Shown one piece after another: positions 24,187 to 32,768 of a stretch of DNA of 60,663 nt. The stretch is from assembly GCA_030693295.1 (NCBI GenBank), contig JAUYAT010000008.1:1-60663 (forward strand). Reading direction: 5' to 3'. Position 1 is the stretch's first letter, and every line of letters begins with the position of its first letter. This DNA comes from a bacterium (GTDB lineage Bacteria; Patescibacteriota; Patescibacteriia; Patescibacteriales; VMTK01). The position numbers and the translations under genes are program-made. A model generated the notes under the pieces. That model was given only the letters and a program-made list of their open reading frames with translations. It was not told the DNA's origin and searched no databases.

Positions 24187-24497
24187 TTATTCCACTGTAA
24201 CGCTCTTCGCTAAATTTCTCCGGCGCAATCGGTATGGGGATGGGCGTTGGCTTCGGACGGCTTGCCGTGCGTTGCCCAGCGCGTATGGGCGATGCCCAGC
24301 CGCCCTGCGATGTTTTTACCCGCGATTTTATTTTCCAATTCCCTGATCTTGCCGGCGGCTTTAACCGCGGCAACATTGTTGTTATTTTTGATAGCAACGC
24401 CGGCGGAGTCGTATCCCCTGTATTCCAATCGCTTCAAGCCGTCAAGCAGGACAGGCAAGGCGTTATTTTTTCCCAGGTAGCCGATAATGCCGCACAT
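24187..24497 (-). pseudogene. glmS: glmS remnant (N-terminal ~93 codons fused out of frame to the last ~12 codons)
   Basis: [12 protein letters not shown]...[15 protein letters not shown]...[21 protein letters not shown], then a stop. A different frame reads [11 protein letters not shown]-stop (24187-24222), the canonical GlmS C-terminus. About 500 codons are missing. Confidence 0.75.
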
Positions 24498-24501
24498 GGA
24501 A

Positions 24502-24537
24502 TTAAAAGTTAAAAATTAAAAGTTAAAAGTTATAAAG
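24502..24537. repeat. Heptamer array (TTAAAAG-type x5), intergenic
   Basis: TTAAAAGTTAAAAATTAAAAGTTAAAAGTTATAAAG. Confidence 0.8.
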
Positions 24538-24562
24538 TGTTTTTTATTCTGCTTCACAAACT

Positions 24563-25309
24563 TTATTTTAATAGCTCCCACAGCCGCGAAAAAATTATTT
24601 TTTGCGTTTCATAAATCATTTTATTTTCAATAATCACTCCGATCGGCATGGCTTTCGCGTCCCTTGAAATAAAAGCGCATTTTCCGAAATAAATAAAAAT
24701 AAAAGTCGCCGATTCTTCGTGCGCGCCAAGCCAGCGGCGCTCGTCAAGGCCATGCGTTTTTCCTCCTTTCGCCAGAGCGATTGCTTTAACGCGAATTTTT
24801 TTTCTGATTCTTTTTTTGGTAAAATCGGGATAGGCATTATTAATGTCATCGCTGGCATTGGTGGCGGAATAAATATAATATTCCCGCTCGTCTTCCTTTT
24901 GCTTTTCCATTACGGACAGCAAATCGTCCAAAATCAGCTTAATGCCGGCTTTTGCTTCGTAAAATTTAACGGTCGGCTTTTCGCCCTTCTTGTCTTGCAG
25001 AGATTTTAATTCGGGAATTAATTCAATAATTTTATTTTTGACTTCGTTTAATTCAATTTCCTTGTCTTTCGCCAGTTTTAACAATCTTTCCGGATCTTCG
25101 GCGACAAATCTCTGCTTGGTTTCATGGTGATAATAGCTTACTAAGCCGACCTCCTGCAGCTTCTTTAATATATCATAAGCCGTCCCTCTGTTTAAGCCGG
25201 TAACTTCCGCCAAGCTCCTGACCGAAGCGGCGCCATACTGCAAAAGTTTTAAATATACGGCTGCTTCCTTGTCGGATAAATTAAGTTTTTTTAATATCGC
25301 AATGTCCAT
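24563..25309 (-). CDS. TrmB-family transcriptional regulator
   Basis: 248 aa: LSDKEAAVYLKLLQYGAASVRSLAEVTGLNRGTAYDILKKLQEVGLV (wHTH). Confidence 0.7.
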   Translation of the reverse strand: MDIAILKKLNLSDKEAAVYLKLLQYGAASVRSLAEVTGLNRGTAYDILKKLQEVGLVSYYHHETKQRFVAEDPERLLKLAKDKEIELNEVKNKIIELIPELKSLQDKKGEKPTVKFYEAKAGIKLILDDLLSVMEKQKEDEREYYIYSATNASDDINNAYPDFTKKRIRKKIRVKAIALAKGGKTHGLDERRWLGAHEESATFIFIYFGKCAFISRDAKAMPIGVIIENKMIYETQKIIFSRLWELLK

Positions 25310-25587
25310 AAAAAGTTAAAGGGAGAGGCGTAATGCTTCTCCCCGTGTTTTTGATCGGTTTTAGAAAGAACTATTCTTTAATATTATTATATACCATATA
25401 AAAATTCTGTCAAGTATTTTTCTGCAATTTTTTTTAATATCACATAATTTATTTAATATTAGTAAAATATTAATAATAACAATGTCAAAAATATTTTTAC
25501 AAAAATATGAATTTTAAAAAGTTATCCACAGGAAAATAAAAACCGCCTATCAGCCGGGATAAAATTTTTAGTATAAAAAACACCATT

Positions 25588-25704
25588 GTTCTGGCGATGG
25601 CCTACTCTCCCGGGGCTTATGCCCAAGTACCATCGGCGCTGAAGGGCTTAACTTCTGAGTTCGGGATGGGATCAGGTGTTGCCCCTTCGCTAAAACCACC
25701 AGAA
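25588..25704 (-). rRNA. rrf: 5S rRNA
   Basis: The reverse complement contains CCUGAUCCCAUCCCGAACUCAGAAGUUAAGCCC...GCGCCGAUGGUACU...GGGAGAGUAGG. Flanked by the complementary AAAAAACACCATTG / CAATGGTGTTTTTT. Confidence 0.9.
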
Positions 25705-25851
25705 CAATGGTGTTTTTTTATTTCAAATCAAAAATGTGGGAAAATCAAACGGCTTATTAGTACTCCTCGGCTCAACCCCTTGCGGGGCTTACACCTAGAG
25801 CCTATCAAGGTCATCGTCTATGACCAGCCTGTGAAACCTAATCTTGGAGAC

Positions 25852-25884
<33 letters not shown>

Positions 25885-26036
25885 TAACCGAAGTTAGCTA
25901 CCCAGCAATGCCCTTGGTAGAACAGCTGGTACACCAGAGCTTCGTCCTTCCCGGTCCTCTCGTACTAAGGAAGGGACTCCTCAAGTTTCCATGACCATAG
26001 TGGATAGGAGACCGACCTGTCTTACGCATTTATTTC

Positions 26037-26768
26037 ACTTGTTGCCAAGTGTATGGACTATACCATCACCCCGGTTGTACCGGGGGGTCGACGTGTTAGC
26101 GCTCCAATTATACTGGAACACTCTCTCCATTTAAGGATCAGTCTCTACGGGGTTAAATTATGTCTTTTACGCTTCTTTGAATAATTCAATTCTCTAAATT
26201 TATCTATTAACTCTGCCAATTTATTAAAATCTTCTCTGCTTTTCACTCTATTTTTCTGGTTTAATATTTTTATCATTAAACCGGCCTGTTCTTTCTTTAA
26301 GATTAAATATGGCTTTATTAATTTCAAGAATTTTATTATTTCATCTCTTCTATTAATGGTATATTCTAATATACCATCATTTCTTTCACGTATATAACCG
26401 CAATCTATTAAAGAGCAAATTTTCTTAAAATTCTCAGATTCTTTTTTGGATTGGAAAAGTATAATATAAGGCGATACCTGAAATCCATACTTGTAAGTAG
26501 GATTTGGTTTCAGTCTTACGTAAATACTTCCGTCGCCATCAAGAAATCCGGCCAAATACGCTCTTTTTGTTGTGGTTATAAGTTTAGACATAATCAACTT
26601 CCCTCGGTATTATCCTAACATATGACAGGTTGAAATGCAAATTTATATGATAGGACTTCACCGATATGAGTCGACTTTTTCAATCCCGCATTACTGCGGG
26701 ATGCCGCCGTTATTGATGTCTCCTCGGGTTCAGATGGTTCAAGAGCCGAATAAAAAATCAGCTTCTGA
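26037..26768 (-). mobile_element. Group I-type intron in 23S rRNA at the I-CreI (L2593-equivalent) site
   Basis: The exon sequence GGGTTCAGACCGT (ending at the complement of 26769) resumes as CGTAAGACAGGTCGGTCTCC (complement of 26036 downward). The joined exons match the conserved GGGTTyAGAACGT|CGTGAGACAGTTCGG block. The 5' exon ends in U and the intron ends in G. Confidence 0.6.
26145..26597 (-). CDS. LAGLIDADG homing endonuclease, single-motif I-CreI family
   Basis: 150 aa. YLAGFLDGDGSIYVRLKPNPTYKY...GYIRERNDG...FLKLIKPYLILKKEQAGLMIKIL parallels I-CreI (YLAGFVDGDGSIIAQIKPNQSYKF...GYVRDRGS...FLTQLQPFLKLKQKQANLVLKII, from memory). Confidence 0.85.
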   Translation of the reverse strand: MIMSKLITTTKRAYLAGFLDGDGSIYVRLKPNPTYKYGFQVSPYIILFQSKKESENFKKICSLIDCGYIRERNDGILEYTINRRDEIIKFLKLIKPYLILKKEQAGLMIKILNQKNRVKSREDFNKLAELIDKFRELNYSKKRKRHNLTP

Positions 26769-26791
26769 ACGGTCTGAACCCAGCTCGCGTG

Positions 26792-26831
<40 letters not shown>

Positions 26832-26835
26832 TCAC

Positions 26836-26868
<33 letters not shown>

Positions 26869-27394
26869 GAACCACGCCGTCGCTGTGGACGCTCGGGCGT
26901 GACTAGCCTGTTATCCCCGGAGTAGCTTTTATCCGATGAGCTTCCGCCGTCCTATATCGCACGGTCGGATCACTAAGTTCCGCTTTCGCGACTGCTCGAC
27001 TAGTAGGTCTTGCAGTAAAGCTGGCTTATGCCTTTACGCTATCTTCCGGATTTCCATCCCGGAATAGCCAACCTTTGTAAACGCCTCCGTTACCTTTTGG
27101 GAGGCATCCGCCCCAGACAAACTACCCACCAGACACTGTCCTCCCGCCTGATTCAAGGCTGGGAGTTAGAATTAAAAGCATACAAGGGTGGTATCTCACT
27201 GTTGAGCCGGTAAACCGGCTCTCCCACCTATGCTGAACATGCATACCCCTAATCCAATGTCAAGCTATAGTAAAGCTTCACGGGGTCTTTTCGTCCAACT
27301 ATGGTTAACGAGCATCTTTACTCGTCCTGCAATTTCGCCGAGTCCTTCGTTGAGACAGTACCCAAGTTGTTAAGCCATTCGTGCAGGTCGGAAG

Positions 27395-27443
<49 letters not shown>

Positions 27444-28176
27444 GCGTTCATCCGCGCTTCGGTTCAAAGCTTCGCCCCGCATTGCTGCGGGACTAACCTC
27501 TCCCCTTAACGTTCGGACACTGGCCAGGCATCGCCCCCTATACATCCTCTTACGAGTTAGCAGGGAGCTGTGTTTTTGATAAACAGTCACTTGAGTTCTT
27601 TAGCTGCGGCCCCGGTAAACCGGGGCAGGCCTTATCTCGAAATTACGGCCGCTGTTTTGCCGAGTTCCTTAACGAAGGTTCTCTCGTACACCTGAGGCTT
27701 CTCGCCTCGCTCACCTGTGTCGGTTTGCGGTACGGTTATTATCGCGTTAGCCCTAGAGGTTTTTCTGGGCAATCTATCAGCTTGAATTGGCTCCGCCGAA
27801 GCTTTGCCTTTTGACAGCCTTGTTTGATTGGTGATCCGGATTTGCCTGAATCATCAAACTTGGCAATCAACGCTCATACCATAAAAACGCTCAAACCTTT
27901 AAATTGCGTCCCCCCATCGGAACACAATAATAGTGCTGGAATATTAACCAGCTCATCCATCGACTACCCGCGCATTACACACGGCTCGCCTTAGGACCGA
28001 CTAACCCTGGGTTGATTTTCATTGCCCAGGAAACCTTAAGCTTTCGGTGAGCCGGTTTCTTACCGGCTTTAATGCTACTCATGCCAACATTCTCTCTTCT
28101 GTCCGCTCCACCATGCCTCGCGACACAGCTTCAACGCCGGACAAAATGCTCCTCTACCACGCCGCTGCTCCGCATT

Positions 28177-28268
28177 GGCACGCTGATGGCACGCTGATGG
28201 CACGCTGACAAAACACTGAAAATAATCAGCGTAAAATCCGCGTTGTAATCGGCGTAAAATCCGCGTGT
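28177..28268. repeat. Tandem-repeat-containing expansion segment inside 23S rRNA
   Basis: GGCACGCTGAT x3 (28177-28208) and ATC(A/G)GCGTAAAATCCGCGT(T)GT(A/C) x2 (28225-28268). The two repeat types are partly complementary (ACGCTGAT/ATCAGCGT). Confidence 0.75.
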
Positions 28269-29720
28269 CAATGCGAAGCAACGACATCCGCATCTTCGGT
28301 AATATGCTTAGCCCCGATAAATTTTCAGCGCGCGGCAACTTGACTAGTGAGCTATTACGCTTTCTTTAAAGGATGGCTGCTTCTAAGCCAACCTCCTAGT
28401 TGTCGCAGTCGCGACACCACTTTTTACACTTAGCATATATTTAGGGACCTTAGATTGCGATTAGGGCTGTTTCCCTTTTGACTGATGGAGCTTAGCCCCC
28501 ATAGTCTGACTCCCGAGCTATAGGCCTAGGTATTCGGAGTTTGGTTGAAGACGGTATCTTGCGACCCGCCCTCATTCAGTGCTCTACCCCCTAGGTTAAA
28601 CGCTCGAGGCTAGCCCAAAAGCTATTTCGAGGAGAACCAGCTATTGCCGAGTTCGATTGGAATTTCTCCGCTAACCACAGCTCATCCCCTAGTGTTGTAC
28701 GACTAGTGGGTTCGGTCCTCCCTCCGATTTTCATCGGAGTTCAACCTGGCCATGGCTAGATCACCCGGCTTCGGGTCTTGTCCATGCGACCGATCGGAAT
28801 TCAGAAATCGTTCCGCGATATGCGGGACGAAATCAGAAATCCGATATACGGGCTATTAACCCTCGCTTTCACTATGGCTCCACTCCAAACGGAGATTAGC
28901 CAAGCCACATAGAACAAACTCGTTGGCTCATTCTTCAATAGGCACGCTGTCACCCCGGTAAACCGAGGCTCCAGCTCCTTGTAAGTATATGGTTTCAGGT
29001 ACTATTTCACCTCCCTCACCGGGATGCTTTTCACCTTTCCCTCACGGTACTTGTTCGCTATCGATCTTAAGAAGTATTTAGTCTTAGGTCATAGTCGACC
29101 TGGATTCCCGCGGGATTTCTCGTGTCCCGCGGTACTTAAGATATGTTGCAGTAAAGCTATAACCCCTTTCACTTACAGGGCTATCACCTGCTCTGGCGGA
29201 GCTTTCCAGCTCGCTTCAATTAGGGAAAGTTATAATTTGTATCTTTACCTTTCTTTGTCTAGGAAGAAAACGCAACTATCTTGCAACTCCAATAAAACAT
29301 ATGGTCCTAGAACCTTCTGACCCAGATAGCAAAAAGCTAACTGAATCGCAGTTTTACGGGTTTAGACTCCTCCCCTTTCGCTCGCCACTACTCAGGGAAT
29401 AAATATTTTTCTCTTTTCCTCCGGCTACTAAGATGTTTCAGTTCGCCGGGTTGTCCACTCACTGTCCTATGTGTTCAGACAGCGGTCGTCCCGACTTCAT
29501 CGGGACGGGTTTCCCCATTCGGAAATCCTCGGGTCAAAGGTTGCTTGCCACCTCGCCGAGGCTTATCGCAGGCTGCTGCGTCCTTCATCGTCTTCTTAAG
29601 TCAGGGCATCCACCATATACTCTTAATGAGATTTTCCCACACTTTTGATTTCAAAAGTGTTTATCTTATTTTGCCAATTGCAAAAGCAAAATAAAATTTT
29701 ATTTAATCTGATTTATTCAA

Positions 29721-29729
29721 TTGTTAAAG
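29721..29729 (-). promoter_or_regulatory. boxA-like antitermination element in the 23S leader
   Basis: The minus strand reads GAACTTTAACAATTG; compare the boxA core CTCTTTAACAA. Confidence 0.35.
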
Positions 29730-29927
29730 TTCAGATTGGAAAGCAATATTTTGAAACATATTCTAAACATTTTTATGCTCCCAAATTCTGATTCCCAATT
29801 TATACAACCAAAAAACCGCCTTTAAGCGGTTTCGCAACACTTAAAAATAGCTAGTGCGTCAACCGCTTATAAATTTATTAATAATTATTTTACTCATAAA
29901 AATATTTATTTTTTTATCCGTTTATAT

Positions 29928-29955
29928 ATTATACAGCACTTAAAAATATTGTCAA
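29928..29955 (-). promoter_or_regulatory. Sigma70-type promoter upstream of the 23S-5S unit
   Basis: On the minus strand: TTGACA (29955-29950), 16 nt, TATAAT (29933-29928). About 290 nt upstream of the mature 23S 5' end. Confidence 0.55.
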
Positions 29956-30001
29956 GATGACATTTTTTGTTTAATATTACGCGACATCTAAGATAAAAAA
30001 A

Positions 30002-31054
30002 TTATTTTTTAACTTTCTCCAATAACTCGGGATTTTCCATCTGGGCCTGCGCGACCTCTTTGTTAATCATCTCATTGTCATATAGTCTTTTTAAATCCTG
30101 GTCCATGCTAACCATTCCTTCCTTAATGCTTGTTTCAATTACGGTTCTAATCTGGGCTATTTTATTTTCCCGGATTAAATTAGCGACCGCCGATGTGTTA
30201 AGCAATATTTCGCGGGCGGCCGCGCGCCCGCCTTGTATTTTAGGCAACAAGCGCTGGGATATCACGCTGGCCAAAACCATAGACAGCTGCAAACGAACTT
30301 GGTTCTGCTGATGCGACGGAAATATATCAATAATACGGTCAACGGTTTGGGCCGCGCTGTAAGTATGCAAAGTCGCTAAAACCAAATGCCCGGTCTCGGC
30401 TAAAGTTATGGTCGTGGCAACGGTTTCCAAATCGCGCATTTCCCCGACCATAACCACGTCAGGGTCCTGCCTTAAAACATGTTTTAAGCCGTTAGCAAAT
30501 GTTTGAATATCACTTCCCAGTTGGCGCTGTATAATAACGCTCTTCTTCGGTTTAAATAAATATTCAATCGGATCTTCAAGAGTGATGATGTGGCAGCAGC
30601 GATTATTGTTAATATAATTAACCATAGCGGCAAGAGTCGTTGATTTGCCGCAGCCGGTAGGCCCCGTGATAAGGACAAGCCCTTGCTTAAGGCCTAACAA
30701 TTGATAAACTATTTCAGGCATTCCGATATCTTCTAACGTAGGCATTTTATCGTTAATGACCCTTGCGACTAAGCCGATATTATTTTTTTCATAAAGCAAA
30801 TTAACTCTGAATCTTGACTTATCTTCTAATTCATAGCTAATATCAAGCTCTCTCTCGGAAATAAATCTTTGTTTTTGATCCTCTGTTAATATTGAAAAAA
30901 TCATTTGCTCCATCGCTTTTTGCGCTATCGGCTTTTCGCTCTCTATATAAACCAATTCGCCGTCAATGCGCAGCACCGGAGGCAGCCCCACGACTAAATG
31001 GAGGTCTGAAGCTTCTTTTTTAACTGCGGCGCTAAAAAGTTCTTTAATGTTCAT
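30002..31054 (-). CDS. pilT: Type IV pilus retraction ATPase PilT
   Basis: 350 aa with Walker A GPTGCGKST, MVGEMRD and ETGHLVLATLHT. Confidence 0.85.
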   Translation of the reverse strand: MNIKELFSAAVKKEASDLHLVVGLPPVLRIDGELVYIESEKPIAQKAMEQMIFSILTEDQKQRFISERELDISYELEDKSRFRVNLLYEKNNIGLVARVINDKMPTLEDIGMPEIVYQLLGLKQGLVLITGPTGCGKSTTLAAMVNYINNNRCCHIITLEDPIEYLFKPKKSVIIQRQLGSDIQTFANGLKHVLRQDPDVVMVGEMRDLETVATTITLAETGHLVLATLHTYSAAQTVDRIIDIFPSHQQNQVRLQLSMVLASVISQRLLPKIQGGRAAAREILLNTSAVANLIRENKIAQIRTVIETSIKEGMVSMDQDLKRLYDNEMINKEVAQAQMENPELLEKVKK

Positions 31055-31089
31055 ATTTTTTGGAAATTATATAATTTATATAAAACAAA

Positions 31090-31782
31090 TTACCAATTTT
31101 TTTTCTTCAAACCCTTGCTTGCCGCGTCAACTTGCGCCTCCTGTTTGGAAGAGCCCTTGCCCCGGGCAACCAATTCTTCGCCCAAAAATAAGCCGATTTC
31201 AAAAATCTTCGCATGGTCGGGGCCGCTCTCGGATAAAACTTTATAATGAGGCGTGGTGCCGAATATCTCCTGCGCCTTTTCCTGAAACTTTGATTTCGGA
31301 TCAATATAAAGCTGATGGGATAAAATATAATCAAACTTAGACAATATTTCATTCTTAATGAACTTTTTGGCGGAGCGCGTGCCCTGATCCAAATAAATCG
31401 CGCCTATCAGGGCCTCAACCGCATTGGCTAAAATATATTGGCGCGCTTTTGAATTTTTATCCTTTGCCTCCCCCTTTGACAAATAAATATAATCTTCCAA
31501 TCCTAATTCGTTCGCCACCTCGGCCAGCATTTTAGAGTTAACCAAACTCGCTCTCCAGTTTGTCAAATCGCCTTCCTGAGTGTCGGGAAAATGATAAAAT
31601 AAATATTCGGTAACAATTATTTCCAAAACAGCGTCACCCAAGAATTCCAAACGTTCATTATGGCCAAGTTTAAAATTAGGGTGTTCATTTAAATAAGAGC
31701 GATGCACCACGGCTTTAACGAGCAAATCTTGATTTTTAAATTTAACGCCAATCCGCTTTTCAAACTTAGAAAAATCTCTCAT
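31090..31782 (-). CDS. rnc: Ribonuclease III
   Basis: Likely start MRDFSKFEKRIG at 31782; the ORF-track extension to 31842 lies in repeat DNA. NERLEFLGDAVLE signature and a C-terminal dsRBD. Confidence 0.85.
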   Translation of the reverse strand: MRDFSKFEKRIGVKFKNQDLLVKAVVHRSYLNEHPNFKLGHNERLEFLGDAVLEIIVTEYLFYHFPDTQEGDLTNWRASLVNSKMLAEVANELGLEDYIYLSKGEAKDKNSKARQYILANAVEALIGAIYLDQGTRSAKKFIKNEILSKFDYILSHQLYIDPKSKFQEKAQEIFGTTPHYKVLSESGPDHAKIFEIGLFLGEELVARGKGSSKQEAQVDAASKGLKKKNW

Positions 31783-31821
31783 CTGATTAAAACTAAGATT
31801 TTTAGGGTGCTTAAGATTTTT

Positions 31822-31905
31822 AGGATTTTTAGGATAACTCAAAATTATCCTAACTATCCTAAACGTCTTAATTGTCCTAATAATCCTAATTATTTTAATA
31901 ATTAT
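31822..31905. repeat. 9-nt-periodic repeat block (ATCCTAANN), copy 1
   Basis: AGGATTTTTAGGATAACTCAAAATTATCCTAACTATCCTAA...AATCCTAATTATTTTAATAATTA is a near-identical inverted copy of 47003-47102. Confidence 0.85.
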
Positions 31906-31920
31906 TTAATAATCGGCCCA

Positions 31921-32370
31921 TTATGCTTCAACTTGCTTCTCTTCTTTTTTGATGGTTTGCGCCATATCCTTATATATCGCCCCCAAAACCCCGTTGACAA
32001 ACTTGCCCGACGACTCCCCGCCGAAAGTCTTGGCGATTTCAATGGCTTCATTAATGGCGACTTTAGCCGGTATGTCTTTGCTAAAAACCAATTCATAAAC
32101 GCCGATGCGCAAAATATTGCGGTCAACTACGGTAATCTGCTCCAGCGGCCATTCCGTGGCGTATTTGGTAATGTACTTGTCAATTTCAGGCAAATTTTTA
32201 ATCACCTCTTTAATTATTTTTTCAACAAAGCCGTGGTCGTTAAATATGGGAGCGAATTGGATGAAATTCTGATTTATAATACTTGTCAAATCCTTTTCTT
32301 GCTTGCCGTTAAAATCCCAGCAAAACAAAGTTTGCATCGCGATGGTGCGGGCCAAGTGTCTATTGGACAT
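31921..32370 (-). CDS. nusB: Transcription antitermination factor NusB
   Basis: 149 aa: [17 protein letters not shown]...ILRIGVYEL...[26 protein letters not shown]. Confidence 0.85.
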   Translation of the reverse strand: MSNRHLARTIAMQTLFCWDFNGKQEKDLTSIINQNFIQFAPIFNDHGFVEKIIKEVIKNLPEIDKYITKYATEWPLEQITVVDRNILRIGVYELVFSKDIPAKVAINEAIEIAKTFGGESSGKFVNGVLGAIYKDMAQTIKKEEKQVEA

Positions 32371-32374
32371 ATAA

Positions 32375-32408
32375 AAAAGTTAAAAGTTAAAAGTTAAAAG
32401 TTAAAAGT
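32375..32408. repeat. Heptamer array (AAAAGTT x5), intergenic
   Basis: Read directly, immediately upstream of the nusB start. Confidence 0.85.
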
Positions 32409-32446
32409 GATTTCTATGCCACAATCAAACTTTAAATTTAACTTTT

Positions 32447-32647
32447 TTATTTTTTCTCTTTCTTAACTTTACTTTTTATTTTTAAGACTTCGCGGCCTCT
32501 ATAAGTTCCGCAAAAGCCGCAGGCGCGATGGGGCAAAAGCGCTTTGCCGCACTTGGGGCATTTGTTTAAAGTTTTCGGCTTTAAAGCGTGATGAGATCTT
32601 CTTTGGCCAACCGAACTTTTAGTTCGTCTCTTTTTTGGTACGGACAT
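32447..32647 (-). CDS. rpmF: 50S ribosomal protein L32
   Basis: 66 aa: MSVPKKRRTKSSVGQRRSHHALK...CPKCGKALLPHRACGFCGTYRGR. Confidence 0.9.
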   Translation of the reverse strand: MSVPKKRRTKSSVGQRRSHHALKPKTLNKCPKCGKALLPHRACGFCGTYRGREVLKIKSKVKKEKK

Positions 32648-32652
32648 ATTTT

Positions 32653-32687
32653 GATTTTAGATTTCAGATTTTAGATTTCAGATTTAA
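32653..32687. repeat. Heptamer array (GATTTYA x5), intergenic
   Basis: GATTTTAGATTTCAGATTTTAGATTTCAGATTTAA, immediately upstream of the rpmF start. Confidence 0.85.
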
Positions 32688-32768
32688 AAACTGTATGAAA
32701 ATCATAAAACCTGATTCTTGATAAACTCTTAATTCTGATTTTAGTATAACTTAATTTATCTTATTTGG

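Noticed and set aside
24119-24512. ORFs 24119..24397, 24164..24346, 24234..24512 and 24247..24480
   Set aside because: These are alternative frames of the glmS remnant region. Only the frame giving MCGIIGYLG... and the terminal ...NLAKSVTVE have recognisable homology.
24498-24562. A glmS ribozyme upstream of the glmS remnant
   Set aside because: Only 65 nt of AT-rich heptamer repeats separate the remnant from the next gene, and none of the conserved glmS ribozyme core is visible.
31702-32397. 231-aa plus-strand ORF
   Set aside because: It is antisense to nusB and the rnc upstream repeat. Its open frame is produced by the 9-nt-periodic repeat (ITQNYPNYP...).
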